Source of the DNA: Candidatus Poribacteria bacterium
GTDB lineage: Bacteria > Poribacteria > WGA-4E > PCPOR2b
Reading direction: 5' to 3'
Assembly: GCA_965208675.1 (NCBI GenBank)
Contig: OZ242351.1
Span: 4,544,001-4,608,000, forward strand
Length of the DNA stretch: 64,000 bases
The number at the start of each line of letters is the position of its first letter. The first letter of the stretch is position 1. Positions 10,535 to 20,389 of this stretch are shown here, piece after piece. The translations under genes and the position numbers were made by a program. Under the pieces are notes generated by a model. It worked only from the letters and a program-made list of their open reading frames with translations. It did not search any database and was not told the origin of the DNA.

Positions 10535-10705
10535 TTTGCATTACCTCCATCTACAGCCGGCACGGTATAGGATGGCCGAATGCTGCCGCTATAGAAAAAC
10601 CCATCACGTATACCTGTACACGGCGAGTTTTTCGAAAACCAAATCTACGTGAAACGACGCAAATTGCTAAACCGCGAGCAAAACATTACTTGCACCGTTT
10701 TGGTT
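10535..10705 (-). repeat. Duplicated leader/upstream region, copy 2
   Basis: Direct alignment with 9460..9632. Confidence 0.9.
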
Positions 10706-10707
10706 AA

Positions 10708-10960
10708 AAGCCTGTTTGAATAATGGGCGGCAATGCCATTCTTGGGGGTTTGAGTTGCTATAACCGGTGGAACTTCTATCGCGCGGGATTTTCTATCGCC
10801 TTCGCTATTCGCTCAGTTAATCCAATTTGGTCGCTCGATTCCATCAAATACCTTACTCCGGCATTGGGCGGGGCAAGATGCCCCACCTACGGAGGGTAGT
10901 GAGGTACTATACACCTGCCGCACCTATGGTACTGTATAAAATGAATTTTCACACAGGTTC
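10708..10960. mobile_element. MITE (253 bp) with IS5-like terminal inverted repeats and TAA target duplication
   Basis: Left end AAGCCTGTTTGAA, right end TTCACACAGGTTC, TAA on both sides (10705-10707, 10961-10963); partial copies at 34480, 53471 and 55302. Confidence 0.75.
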
Positions 10961-11008
10961 TAAGAGAATGTATATATAGAATAAATTGCGGCCTTAATCA
11001 CGTCCACT

Positions 11009-11045
11009 AAAGAAAAACCCGCCCTACACACGTGCAGGACGGGTT
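11009..11045 (-). terminator. Intrinsic terminator downstream of 11142..12023
   Basis: Minus strand AACCCGTCCTGCA-CGTG-TGTAGGGCGGGTT followed by TTTCTTT. Confidence 0.7.
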
Positions 11046-11141
11046 GTTTTGGAAATCACCTTTGCTGAAGCGCCGCGAGCTGCTAAGCGTATTCACGTTC
11101 ATTACTCACAGTGCTTGAGTTTTAGACACGACAACGCAAAG

Positions 11142-12023
11142 CTATTTGGGAGACGACTTAATTTCTCCCCATGTTGTCGATAATTTTTCAGCCGGTTCAA
11201 CACCGAGGGCTGCAATTGCGAGTCCTTTCTGCTGAATGGACGCGATTTCGTCATCGCTAAGAACTCGGCTGAACACCCCAACGTCATCGACTATAACTTG
11301 AGCCGAGGAACCGAACCTTCCGCCGATGTGCCAAGGACCGTGTTCGACGGTTCGAACAAACGGTTTTGCACCGGCGCCCAGATGGACAAATTCGCCATTC
11401 TGGTATATGACAGTCTCTTCACCGTTGCCGGTAAAGGCGTAGTGGTTCATTTCGCCGCCGTTCCCGGGAAATTCCCAGTTGGTGCCTTGGAACGGTTTAC
11501 CATACTGCCACATAATAAACTCGCCTGCTCCGTCATCCCAGGGGAAGTGGACCAAAATTCGGTTATCCCATGGACCGCCGGGCTCATATGAAAACAGGTC
11601 TTTTTGCGCCGCGCTGCCGAGTTTATCCAGCCGCTGCACCCAAGCCGTAATGGTAATGGTTGTTTCATCGGGAAGATTTCCGGCAGCTTCATCCTCTTCA
11701 TCAGGACCTAAACGCTCGTCCTTGTTGAAATTCGGGATATTGATTACACTGCCTGCACCTTCGCATTTCAAGGCTTTGCCGAACTTGCCGTCAACCCATT
11801 GAGGTCTCAGGTTATCGCTGTCGTTGGCGCCGCCTTCAAGCGTGCCGTCCATGCTCTTGGGGTTGTCCGACGAATCTACGGTCTTATTGCCCTCACCTTC
11901 GTCAAACAGCCAAATAGCGACAATGTCAGCGGGGTCAAGTGCCGCATTGGTTGGGACCGCAACCAATAGCCCGCTCAATGCAACAGCGCTGACAAATGCC
12001 AGTATTTTTAGCGTCGGTTTCAT
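11142..12023 (-). CDS. Secreted LamG-like jellyroll protein, paralog 3 of 3, with TTWGEIK tail
   Basis: Same family as 8578 and 9650. Start moved to MKPTL at 12023 (AAGGAGG upstream). Confidence 0.88.
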   Translation of the reverse strand: MKPTLKILAFVSAVALSGLLVAVPTNAALDPADIVAIWLFDEGEGNKTVDSSDNPKSMDGTLEGGANDSDNLRPQWVDGKFGKALKCEGAGSVINIPNFNKDERLGPDEEDEAAGNLPDETTITITAWVQRLDKLGSAAQKDLFSYEPGGPWDNRILVHFPWDDGAGEFIMWQYGKPFQGTNWEFPGNGGEMNHYAFTGNGEETVIYQNGEFVHLGAGAKPFVRTVEHGPWHIGGRFGSSAQVIVDDVGVFSRVLSDDEIASIQQKGLAIAALGVEPAEKLSTTWGEIKSSPK

Positions 12024-12263
12024 TAGCATTTCCTCCTTTTTAGTTGGCGGATTCGCCAACATTTTTGGAATGGTGTCTGGGCAATTACCGCCCAATCACC
12101 TGTTCAGGAACGCATCGGCCACCGTACCCCTTGCGGGAGCGGATTGCTATGCGCACCATTCAAATTGCACGGGGCCTTATTCTTATTAAGAAATGGAACG
12201 ACCAAAACTCCGTACATGCCCGTTTCCGGGCAAAAATACAGTAATGCTACTATATTTAGCGAT

Positions 12264-12293
12264 AGTATACTATATTTTGTAACATTATTGCAA
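12264..12293 (-). promoter_or_regulatory. Possible sigma70 promoter for the LamG triplet
   Basis: Minus strand TTGCAA-18 nt-TATACT in an AT-rich intergenic region. Confidence 0.4.
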
Positions 12294-12419
12294 CAAAAAA
12301 ATGAATATAATGACCACTTAATTTCATTGGAAGTTTTTAAAAAACTGATTTTTTGCACTAACAGTATTGCCTCTCCATGCATTGACCAATGATCCCCGAT
12401 GCGTACTTTTTGGAAACCG

Positions 12420-13184
12420 TTACCGATTCAGGATTTTCATGACAATCGGGTGCAATTCCCTATTTGCGGCTACGCAAGATGTCCCTCGCACTGCGTCGCC
12501 GCCAGCCCAAGTCGTAATGACGCCGCCGGCGCCGCGAACGATGGGAATTACAGGGAGGACGTCCCACGGGTTCATGATAGGGTCGAGCATGACGTCAGCT
12601 CCGCCGCACGCGAGGAGCAAATATCCGTAGCAGTCTCCCCAGGTGCGCAAATACTTCACCTTTTGAGACAATCGCTCAAAACCCGACGACTCGTCTTGGT
12701 ATTCGGAAATGCTCAGAACGTCCGTCGTCAGCAAAGTTGCTTCGGCGAGTTTGGCAACCCTTCTCATTTGAACGCGGCTGCCGTTAACACTTGTTCGATG
12801 GTTGTCGCCGAGGCACAATATGTCCAAAATTGGCTGATTGATCGCGCCTAATATTGGCCTGTCTTCGTGAAGCAGACATATGAGCGTCCCAAAGAGCGGA
12901 CAGCCGCTGGCGAACGAGATTGTGCCGTCTATCGGATCAAGTATCCAAACAAACTCCGCACGCTCGTTTTCGTTGCCATACTCCTCGCCGATGATACCGT
13001 GGTTGGGAAATTCCCGCCGTATCAAATCGCGCATCAATGCCTCAGCTTGGCGATCCGCTAAAGTTACCGGTGTTTCATCTTCTTTGATTTCAACCTCAAA
13101 ATTCAAAGCGGCGAAGTAGGGTTTAATTACCTTTGCGCTTTCATCGGCGAGCCGACGGATAAATCGGACATATTCCTCGTTCAC
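12420..13184 (-). CDS. hisN: Inositol monophosphatase-family protein, probable histidinol-phosphatase
   Basis: PVTLADRQAE, GEEYG, WILDPIDGT, WGDCYGY and PWD motifs. Start moved to GTG 13184, just downstream of acyP. Confidence 0.75.
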   Translation of the reverse strand: MNEEYVRFIRRLADESAKVIKPYFAALNFEVEIKEDETPVTLADRQAEALMRDLIRREFPNHGIIGEEYGNENERAEFVWILDPIDGTISFASGCPLFGTLICLLHEDRPILGAINQPILDILCLGDNHRTSVNGSRVQMRRVAKLAEATLLTTDVLSISEYQDESSGFERLSQKVKYLRTWGDCYGYLLLACGGADVMLDPIMNPWDVLPVIPIVRGAGGVITTWAGGDAVRGTSCVAANRELHPIVMKILNR

Positions 13185-13212
13185 CACTTCACCATTTTTG
13201 GACAACGACACA

Positions 13213-13482
13213 TCAATACTCGATTCTAAAGGAGGTATATTCCCCGCCCAATCGGCGTTCTTCGACCTCGACAGACTCAACCACGGCGGCCGGCGGACCA
13301 CCCCGAAGGAGCGTTTCAAACTTATCAAGCACGGCTTCTTCTCCTTCGGCGGCAATCTCGACCCCTCCGCTGCGCAAGTTCCGCACGTAACCACGAATGC
13401 CGAGCCTTTGTGCAGCCTGTTGCGTAAAATAACGGAAATTTACGCCTTGCACTCTGCCGTGAATGAGAATGTAGCGTTGCAT
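13213..13482 (-). CDS. acyP: Acylphosphatase
   Basis: GRVQGVNFR, GYVRNL..G.VE, GPP.A.V and FRI motifs; 89 aa. Confidence 0.93.
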   Translation of the reverse strand: MQRYILIHGRVQGVNFRYFTQQAAQRLGIRGYVRNLRSGGVEIAAEGEEAVLDKFETLLRGGPPAAVVESVEVEERRLGGEYTSFRIEY

Positions 13483-13682
13483 GGTTCGATTTGCTAGAAT
13501 GGTATCTCCATTCGTCGATTTGCTGCTCAGTTATTTTACCGCAAAGATCTCGGATTGCCCTGAAGCGGAATTGGAATCGGATTGACATCCTCAACACCGC
13601 GACGTTGCCGCACAGGTGCCGTATTTCAACCTCGCTTTAGGAAATCAAATCGCGGGGGTACATCTGCTACCCCTGTCCCGCT

Positions 13683-15974
13683 TCAGCCGCCTGTTGAGAG
13701 ATTCAATCTTCTGAGCGTAAATTTCGTGTATTGTTCTTCGCCTTCAACAATCTGGATAAACTGGTTGCATGAAACATCGCGGAATGTCTGTGTGATATTG
13801 GTGGTTGGCCAGAAGACTTCTAATTTTTCAATTTTTGAAGCGCCCCCCAACCCGATGGTTTGCCGCAGCGGATTGCCGCCAAAGGTGCCGCCGCTGTTGA
13901 CGTGCTTGTAAATTGAGCGCGGGGAACCGTTTTCGATGACTTGGGCATGGATGCGCGCGCCGATAGCAGAACGATTGGATTGATGTCCGACGAGTTTAAC
14001 GGTAATCCAGTGATTGCCAAAGCCGGGATTCTCATATAAGATGTTGCCGTACGCGTCTCCGGGGAGCGCACCGCCCATCTGCTCAAAGATGTCCTGGTCG
14101 CCATCGTTGTCGAGATCAGCGAAAGCCACGCCGTGCCCCTTCTGCAAATTGCTGAACCCGCCCGCAACGCTCACGTCCGCGAAGCGTAGCCCACGGTCAT
14201 TGCGGTACATGACGTTAGGCATGATATTTTCGTAGTCCGGGTAACCGGTACCGAGGTAAAAATCGAGATAGCCGTCGTTGTCCAAGTCGCCAAAGTTGGA
14301 TCCCATGGGCGCTGTAGGGCGAATCAGGTTATATTGTGTTGAAACCTCTTCAAAGCCCCCGTTCCCATCTCCGCGGTACAGACGAGCCATAACAGCGTTC
14401 ACTTGTTCGGTATGCAGTCCAATCCAACTCGCTGTGAGGTGTTCGAGTTTTGCAGAATAAGCCGAGACATACAAATCCAAGGTTCCGTCGTTGTCAAAAT
14501 CCCAAAACCAAGCCGGGAAGCTTACCTCTGGAAGGTCAACGTTGAGTTTTCTAGCCATAGGCGTGAACGTTCCGTCACCATTGTTGTGATACAAGCGGTT
14601 TCCACCCTTGAAATTCGAAACGTATAAATCTTGCCAGCGGTCCCCGTTGTAGTCGCCCCAGACAACCGCCTTCGCGAATCGATTATTCTGCACGCCCGCC
14701 TGGGCGGCGACATCTGTGAATGTCCCGTCTCCGTTATTGCGGAACAGTTGGCAAGGTGCGCGCAAGTTCTTACCATTACGCCCTTTAGAGGTTTCGTTGC
14801 CAATGTACACATCAAGGTCGCCGTCGTTGTCGTAGTCCCCCCAAGCCGCGGTGCCTGTAGGATAGTGCACTTCAGCCAATCCGGCATCGAAAGTGACGTC
14901 TGTGAACGTACCGTCGCCGTTATTGCGCAGGAGTGAGTTTGGGTGCTGTCCCTGCGCAATTAGCCAGGCGCCGCGCAATACTAGTATATCAGTGTCTCCA
15001 TCGTTGTCATAGTCCGCTTGTACCATATTCAATCCGCCGTAGACACCCGTCAGTCCCACCTCGTGTGTAACGTCCGAAAACGTGCCGTCCCGGTTATTTT
15101 TAAAGAAGTGCATCTGTCCTCGGGTGTCCCATGTCGACGTTACGATGTCGAGGTAATCGTCATTATCAAAATCGTCCACAATTGCTCCGCCCGACAGGTC
15201 AAAGGTATCAAGCCCTAACTTTGGTGCGATATTCATGAAACGCGGAATATTCTCGTCAGATTCGAAGGCTGTGCGCGGAATGAGGTATGCCTTGGGTACC
15301 TGCTCGGGGTAACCGCCGATTGTCATGTACGCGATGTTTAAAAGCCAACGTACCGCTAGATGCAGCGATTCATACGTTGTCGTATTTTCCAGTACGCGGC
15401 TGAAATAAGAGATTGCTTGTTTTGACGGCCCCTGCTGGACATGAATCCCGCCGCCTCGAATCGGGAGAACACAACTATCCGCAGTATTGCGAAGACAGCA
15501 GTTTTCCGTTTCGCCGCGCCGCATGTATGCAACTCCAAGCCGAAATAGCGTATGATTCACAATCTCCGCTGGTACCGTACTTTTCATGATTTCGGTTAAT
15601 TCTAGGGCACGCTCGAGGCAAGAGATTCCGTCTTCTTCATCTCCCAATCGAAGCAGTGCGTGTCCCAACTGCATATTCGCCATCCATCTCGTCCGATTGG
15701 ACGCTTCATCGGGCAAGCTAGATAGGTGCTTGCGAAGAAAGTGTAAATCCGAATTTCCCAAATAAGCGTTGTTCTTAGAAGTTTCATCGGCAATTGATTT
15801 AAGCAGCACAAGCATCCGCTGGTGTCCTGTCGTTTCTTTTGGCGCCGTGGGTTCGGTATTCGATGACACCTCGGATGTTGAAACCGCAAATTCAATATCA
15901 GCCGAAATACCAGCTATTTTGCCGAAAAACAGTAAGACTGACAAGAGAACTAACAGCATAGCATCCTTTTGCAT
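13683..15974 (-). CDS. CRTAC1-family protein (FG-GAP repeats + ASPIC/UnbV) with helical/Cys-containing N-terminal extension
   Basis: Signal peptide; ETENCC...CVLPI segment; DYDNDGD repeats; AIGARI...GLG...WP C-terminus. Confidence 0.88.
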   Translation of the reverse strand: MQKDAMLLVLLSVLLFFGKIAGISADIEFAVSTSEVSSNTEPTAPKETTGHQRMLVLLKSIADETSKNNAYLGNSDLHFLRKHLSSLPDEASNRTRWMANMQLGHALLRLGDEEDGISCLERALELTEIMKSTVPAEIVNHTLFRLGVAYMRRGETENCCLRNTADSCVLPIRGGGIHVQQGPSKQAISYFSRVLENTTTYESLHLAVRWLLNIAYMTIGGYPEQVPKAYLIPRTAFESDENIPRFMNIAPKLGLDTFDLSGGAIVDDFDNDDYLDIVTSTWDTRGQMHFFKNNRDGTFSDVTHEVGLTGVYGGLNMVQADYDNDGDTDILVLRGAWLIAQGQHPNSLLRNNGDGTFTDVTFDAGLAEVHYPTGTAAWGDYDNDGDLDVYIGNETSKGRNGKNLRAPCQLFRNNGDGTFTDVAAQAGVQNNRFAKAVVWGDYNGDRWQDLYVSNFKGGNRLYHNNGDGTFTPMARKLNVDLPEVSFPAWFWDFDNDGTLDLYVSAYSAKLEHLTASWIGLHTEQVNAVMARLYRGDGNGGFEEVSTQYNLIRPTAPMGSNFGDLDNDGYLDFYLGTGYPDYENIMPNVMYRNDRGLRFADVSVAGGFSNLQKGHGVAFADLDNDGDQDIFEQMGGALPGDAYGNILYENPGFGNHWITVKLVGHQSNRSAIGARIHAQVIENGSPRSIYKHVNSGGTFGGNPLRQTIGLGGASKIEKLEVFWPTTNITQTFRDVSCNQFIQIVEGEEQYTKFTLRRLNLSTGG

Positions 15975-16168
15975 GCCTAATCACCCGCTAAATCAGATAG
16001 AATTAACAGTTTCATGCAACCCAAAATTTACACCGGCGAACTTCCCGTATAGTATTGTTGAGTTGAGCGTGTTATCGAACACCATTCATCCTGTTGATTA
16101 TCGCCACAGATTGCGACGCTTCTCGCCAACCGAACCGACGGCTAATAATTGAATAGATTGTTTCTAAT

Positions 16169-16224
16169 TGACCGCAAATTGCGGACATTTTTTATTGGAC
16201 AATTTGCGGCGATTGCTCTAAAAT
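16169..16224 (+). promoter_or_regulatory. Palindromic operator-like site next to a probable promoter upstream of adk
   Basis: TGACCGCAAATTGCGGACA (16169-16187), then TGGACA-17 nt-TAAAAT (16196-16224); related site at 16469-16484. Confidence 0.45.
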
Positions 16225-16510
16225 GGAAACGAATTACATACAGGCCTTAATGCCGTTATTGAATTCAGCATTCCGGAATTAATTCGAACCCATCCAATAT
16301 CGTATCACGCCGAAAAACACCTTGTCAAGAGGGGAGTCTTGTACTCACCAAGGACAAAAAATGAGATAATATGCCATTTTTTTCTGTGGGTTCGGCGAGC
16401 CTGTTTGAGGCGGTATTTTGCATTAATAGACGGCAGGATTACTAAATATATGAACATCGTTATATGAACCCGAAATTGCGGACATTTAAGAGGAGGAAGG
16501 TTTTTAGCTA

Positions 16511-17134
16511 ATGAGCGATACGCAACGCCACAAATCTCTACTACTATTTGGCGCACCCGGCGTAGGCAAAGGCACGCAAGGGAAGATGCTTGGATCCATG
16601 CCGGGATTTTTCCATGTCTCGAGCGGCGATATATTTCGTGCGCTTGACGCAAATTCCAGGCTTGGCAAACTTTTTCATGAATACTCATCGCGCGGCGAAC
16701 TTGTTCCGGATGATATTACGATACAAATCTGTACAGCGTACATCTCCGGCCTAACTCCCGAAAACGGCTATGAATCCGGCACAAGTTTGCTTATCCTTGA
16801 CGGTCTCCCGCGGAATGTCAATCAAGCACGCCTGATGGCTGAGCACGTCGACGTGCTCAAAATCGTCCACCTCGTGTGCGAAGACTTGGAAACGCTCATC
16901 GAACGGCTTCGCGGCCGTGCCATCAAAGAGAACCGAACCGACGACGCGCAGGAATCGGTTATCCGACGGAGATGGGAAGTTTATCGAGAGGAGACATCGC
17001 CGCTGCTCGAACATTATCCGGAGTCAATTATCGCTAACGTGAACGGCATCGGCAGCCCCGCCGAAGTCTTGCATAGGATACTTGAAATCCTGATTCCCCT
17101 GCAGAACCGCCACCTCGACAACCCGCTCATATAA
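16511..17134 (+). CDS. adk: Adenylate kinase (short-LID type)
   Basis: LLFGAPGVGKGTQ, SSGDIFR, GELVPD, ILDGLPRN..QA and R.DD motifs; AGGAGG RBS. Confidence 0.85.
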   Translation: MSDTQRHKSLLLFGAPGVGKGTQGKMLGSMPGFFHVSSGDIFRALDANSRLGKLFHEYSSRGELVPDDITIQICTAYISGLTPENGYESGTSLLILDGLPRNVNQARLMAEHVDVLKIVHLVCEDLETLIERLRGRAIKENRTDDAQESVIRRRWEVYREETSPLLEHYPESIIANVNGIGSPAEVLHRILEILIPLQNRHLDNPLI

Positions 17135-17284
17135 CTGCGGACGCTTGGCAGTTAGCTGAATATGCTTTATCAGATAAACCAAAAATGCCCTTAAGGCGTC
17201 TTTTGCATAAGAGTTTCACGGTCACTCAAAAGGGGAATACCGCCCGCGAACGACAATTCTGAATGATTCTACGGAGACATTGTT

Positions 17285-18337
17285 GTGATTGAAGTTGATA
17301 ATCTCACGAAAAATTACGGTACCACAGAAGCTTTGAGGGGCGTTTCCTTTAAGGTAGATAAAGGCGAAGTGGTAGGCTTCCTCGGCCCAAACGGCGCGGG
17401 CAAAACAACGGCAATGCGCATATTGACCTGTTTCATGCCCGCGAGCGGCGGGAGTGCCGCGGTTGCGGGGCACGATGTCTTCAAGGAATCCCTCGAAGTC
17501 CGCAAACACATCGGCTATCTTCCCGAGAGTGTGCCGTTGTACCCGGAGATGACTGTCACGGGGTATCTCAAATTCGTCGCTAAAATCAAAGGGACGCCCC
17601 GCGGGGTACGCGCGGAGCGGTTGAACCTAGCCATTGACGCCTGCGGATTGAGCGACCGCCGCAACCAGATAGTCGGTCATCTGTCCAAAGGGTTTCGGCA
17701 ACGCGTCGGATTAGCCCAAGCGCTTATCCATGATCCGGATGTCCTAATACTTGATGAACCCACGTCGGGGCTGGACCCGCGCCAAATTGTCGAGATTCGC
17801 GAACTCATCAAAAACTTGGGCAAGGAGCGCACAATCATCCTCAGCACACACATACTGCCGGAAGCAAGCATGACCTGCGAACGGTTGATTGTAATCAATG
17901 AAGGGCGGATTACCGGGAATGTAAAGCTGGCGGAAGGACGCGCCGTCTCGGTTGAGGCGGGTGAGGGCGAGAACAACCAACTAGGCGGTGAGAATGAAAT
18001 TTATCTTGAAGTGGCAGCGCCGGCTGGCGCCATTCACCCGGCGTTAAGCGAAATTCCGGAGGTCAACCGAGTTGAAAGCCGGGGTTTGAGTCCGGGAAAC
18101 AACCCGACTTTCCATGTCGGTTGCGATGCCGACGTTGATATTCGCGCGCAATTATCATCGCGAATTATACAAAACGGTTGGGGGCTGCTTGAAATGCGTT
18201 CGGTAGAAATGACGCTTGAAGAACTCTTCCTGAAATTGACGACGCAAGCGGACAAGAGGTCCTACGAAGAGGGAAATAATTTTCCGGACTCCGACGTGGA
18301 GGCGGTAAGCGGCCCGACCGCCGATCAGCCTGAATGA
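17285..18337 (+). CDS. ABC-2 type exporter ATP-binding protein (GldA-like)
   Basis: GPNGAGKTT, LSKGFRQR, LILDEPT, STH and C-terminal TLEELF. Confidence 0.9.
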   Translation: MIEVDNLTKNYGTTEALRGVSFKVDKGEVVGFLGPNGAGKTTAMRILTCFMPASGGSAAVAGHDVFKESLEVRKHIGYLPESVPLYPEMTVTGYLKFVAKIKGTPRGVRAERLNLAIDACGLSDRRNQIVGHLSKGFRQRVGLAQALIHDPDVLILDEPTSGLDPRQIVEIRELIKNLGKERTIILSTHILPEASMTCERLIVINEGRITGNVKLAEGRAVSVEAGEGENNQLGGENEIYLEVAAPAGAIHPALSEIPEVNRVESRGLSPGNNPTFHVGCDADVDIRAQLSSRIIQNGWGLLEMRSVEMTLEELFLKLTTQADKRSYEEGNNFPDSDVEAVSGPTADQPE

Positions 18338-18350
18338 GCGCGTGAGTGCG

Positions 18351-18758
18351 CTAGGATTGCCTTGCAACCCTCAAGCGGTTTTCCGCTCTAGCTAGCGCGG
18401 CTTCGGCGCGCCGGCGGTTAATCCCCCGATCACGCGACTCCAGAAGTTCCTTGGCGCGCTGGCGCGAGGCTTCGGCGCGCTCAATGTCAATGTCGGACGC
18501 CCACTCTGCGGTGTCTGCCAACACGGTAACGCCGGTGCGCAGCACTTCAAAAACGCCTCCGCTCGTAGCAAGAGATTTCACCGCCTCGGATTCGCGGATT
18601 CGAATCTCTCCAGCCTCTAAGACCGTCAGAAAAGGAATGTGCCCCGAGAGTATCTCAAACAAGCCGAGTTCACCGGGGGCTCTCACGCTCGTAACTTCCC
18701 CTTCATAAATTAACTGCTGGGGCGTTCTGATTTCCAAGAGTAGTCGTTTTTCAAGCAT
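18351..18758 (-). CDS. atpC: ATP synthase F1 epsilon subunit
   Basis: EIRTP, G.F.IL.GH.P, SGG..EV, LADTAE and ALARA..RL; last gene of the atp operon. Confidence 0.95.
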   Translation of the reverse strand: MLEKRLLLEIRTPQQLIYEGEVTSVRAPGELGLFEILSGHIPFLTVLEAGEIRIRESEAVKSLATSGGVFEVLRTGVTVLADTAEWASDIDIERAEASRQRAKELLESRDRGINRRRAEAALARAENRLRVARQS

Positions 18759-18772
18759 TTTTTTCGGGGTAG

Positions 18773-20206
<1,434 letters not shown>

Positions 20207-20389
20207 CTATTTTGCGAATGTTTTCAGTAAATGAGGCGATTCAATATGCTCGCCGGATTTTATCCGGAAATAAAAAGTCTCTTGGTCTGCTTTGGCGAAA
20301 ATGCGTTATACAGCGAACCTTCAAGGCTCCACGAATTGAGGTACGGTCTCCAAAACTCTCGTTTTGTGAAGCCGTGCCAATCTCAACGG

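Noticed and set aside
6372-12023. Diversity-generating retroelement acting on FGE-fold or LamG genes
   Set aside because: No reverse transcriptase or template repeat is visible, and paralog differences are not confined to adenines.
13185-13394. N-terminal extension of the IMPase ORF
   Set aside because: It overlaps acyP in another frame; the IMPase domain begins near 13184.
16396-16408. Solo GAGCCTGTTTGAG matching the MITE end
   Set aside because: There is no flanking similarity to the element body; too short to call.
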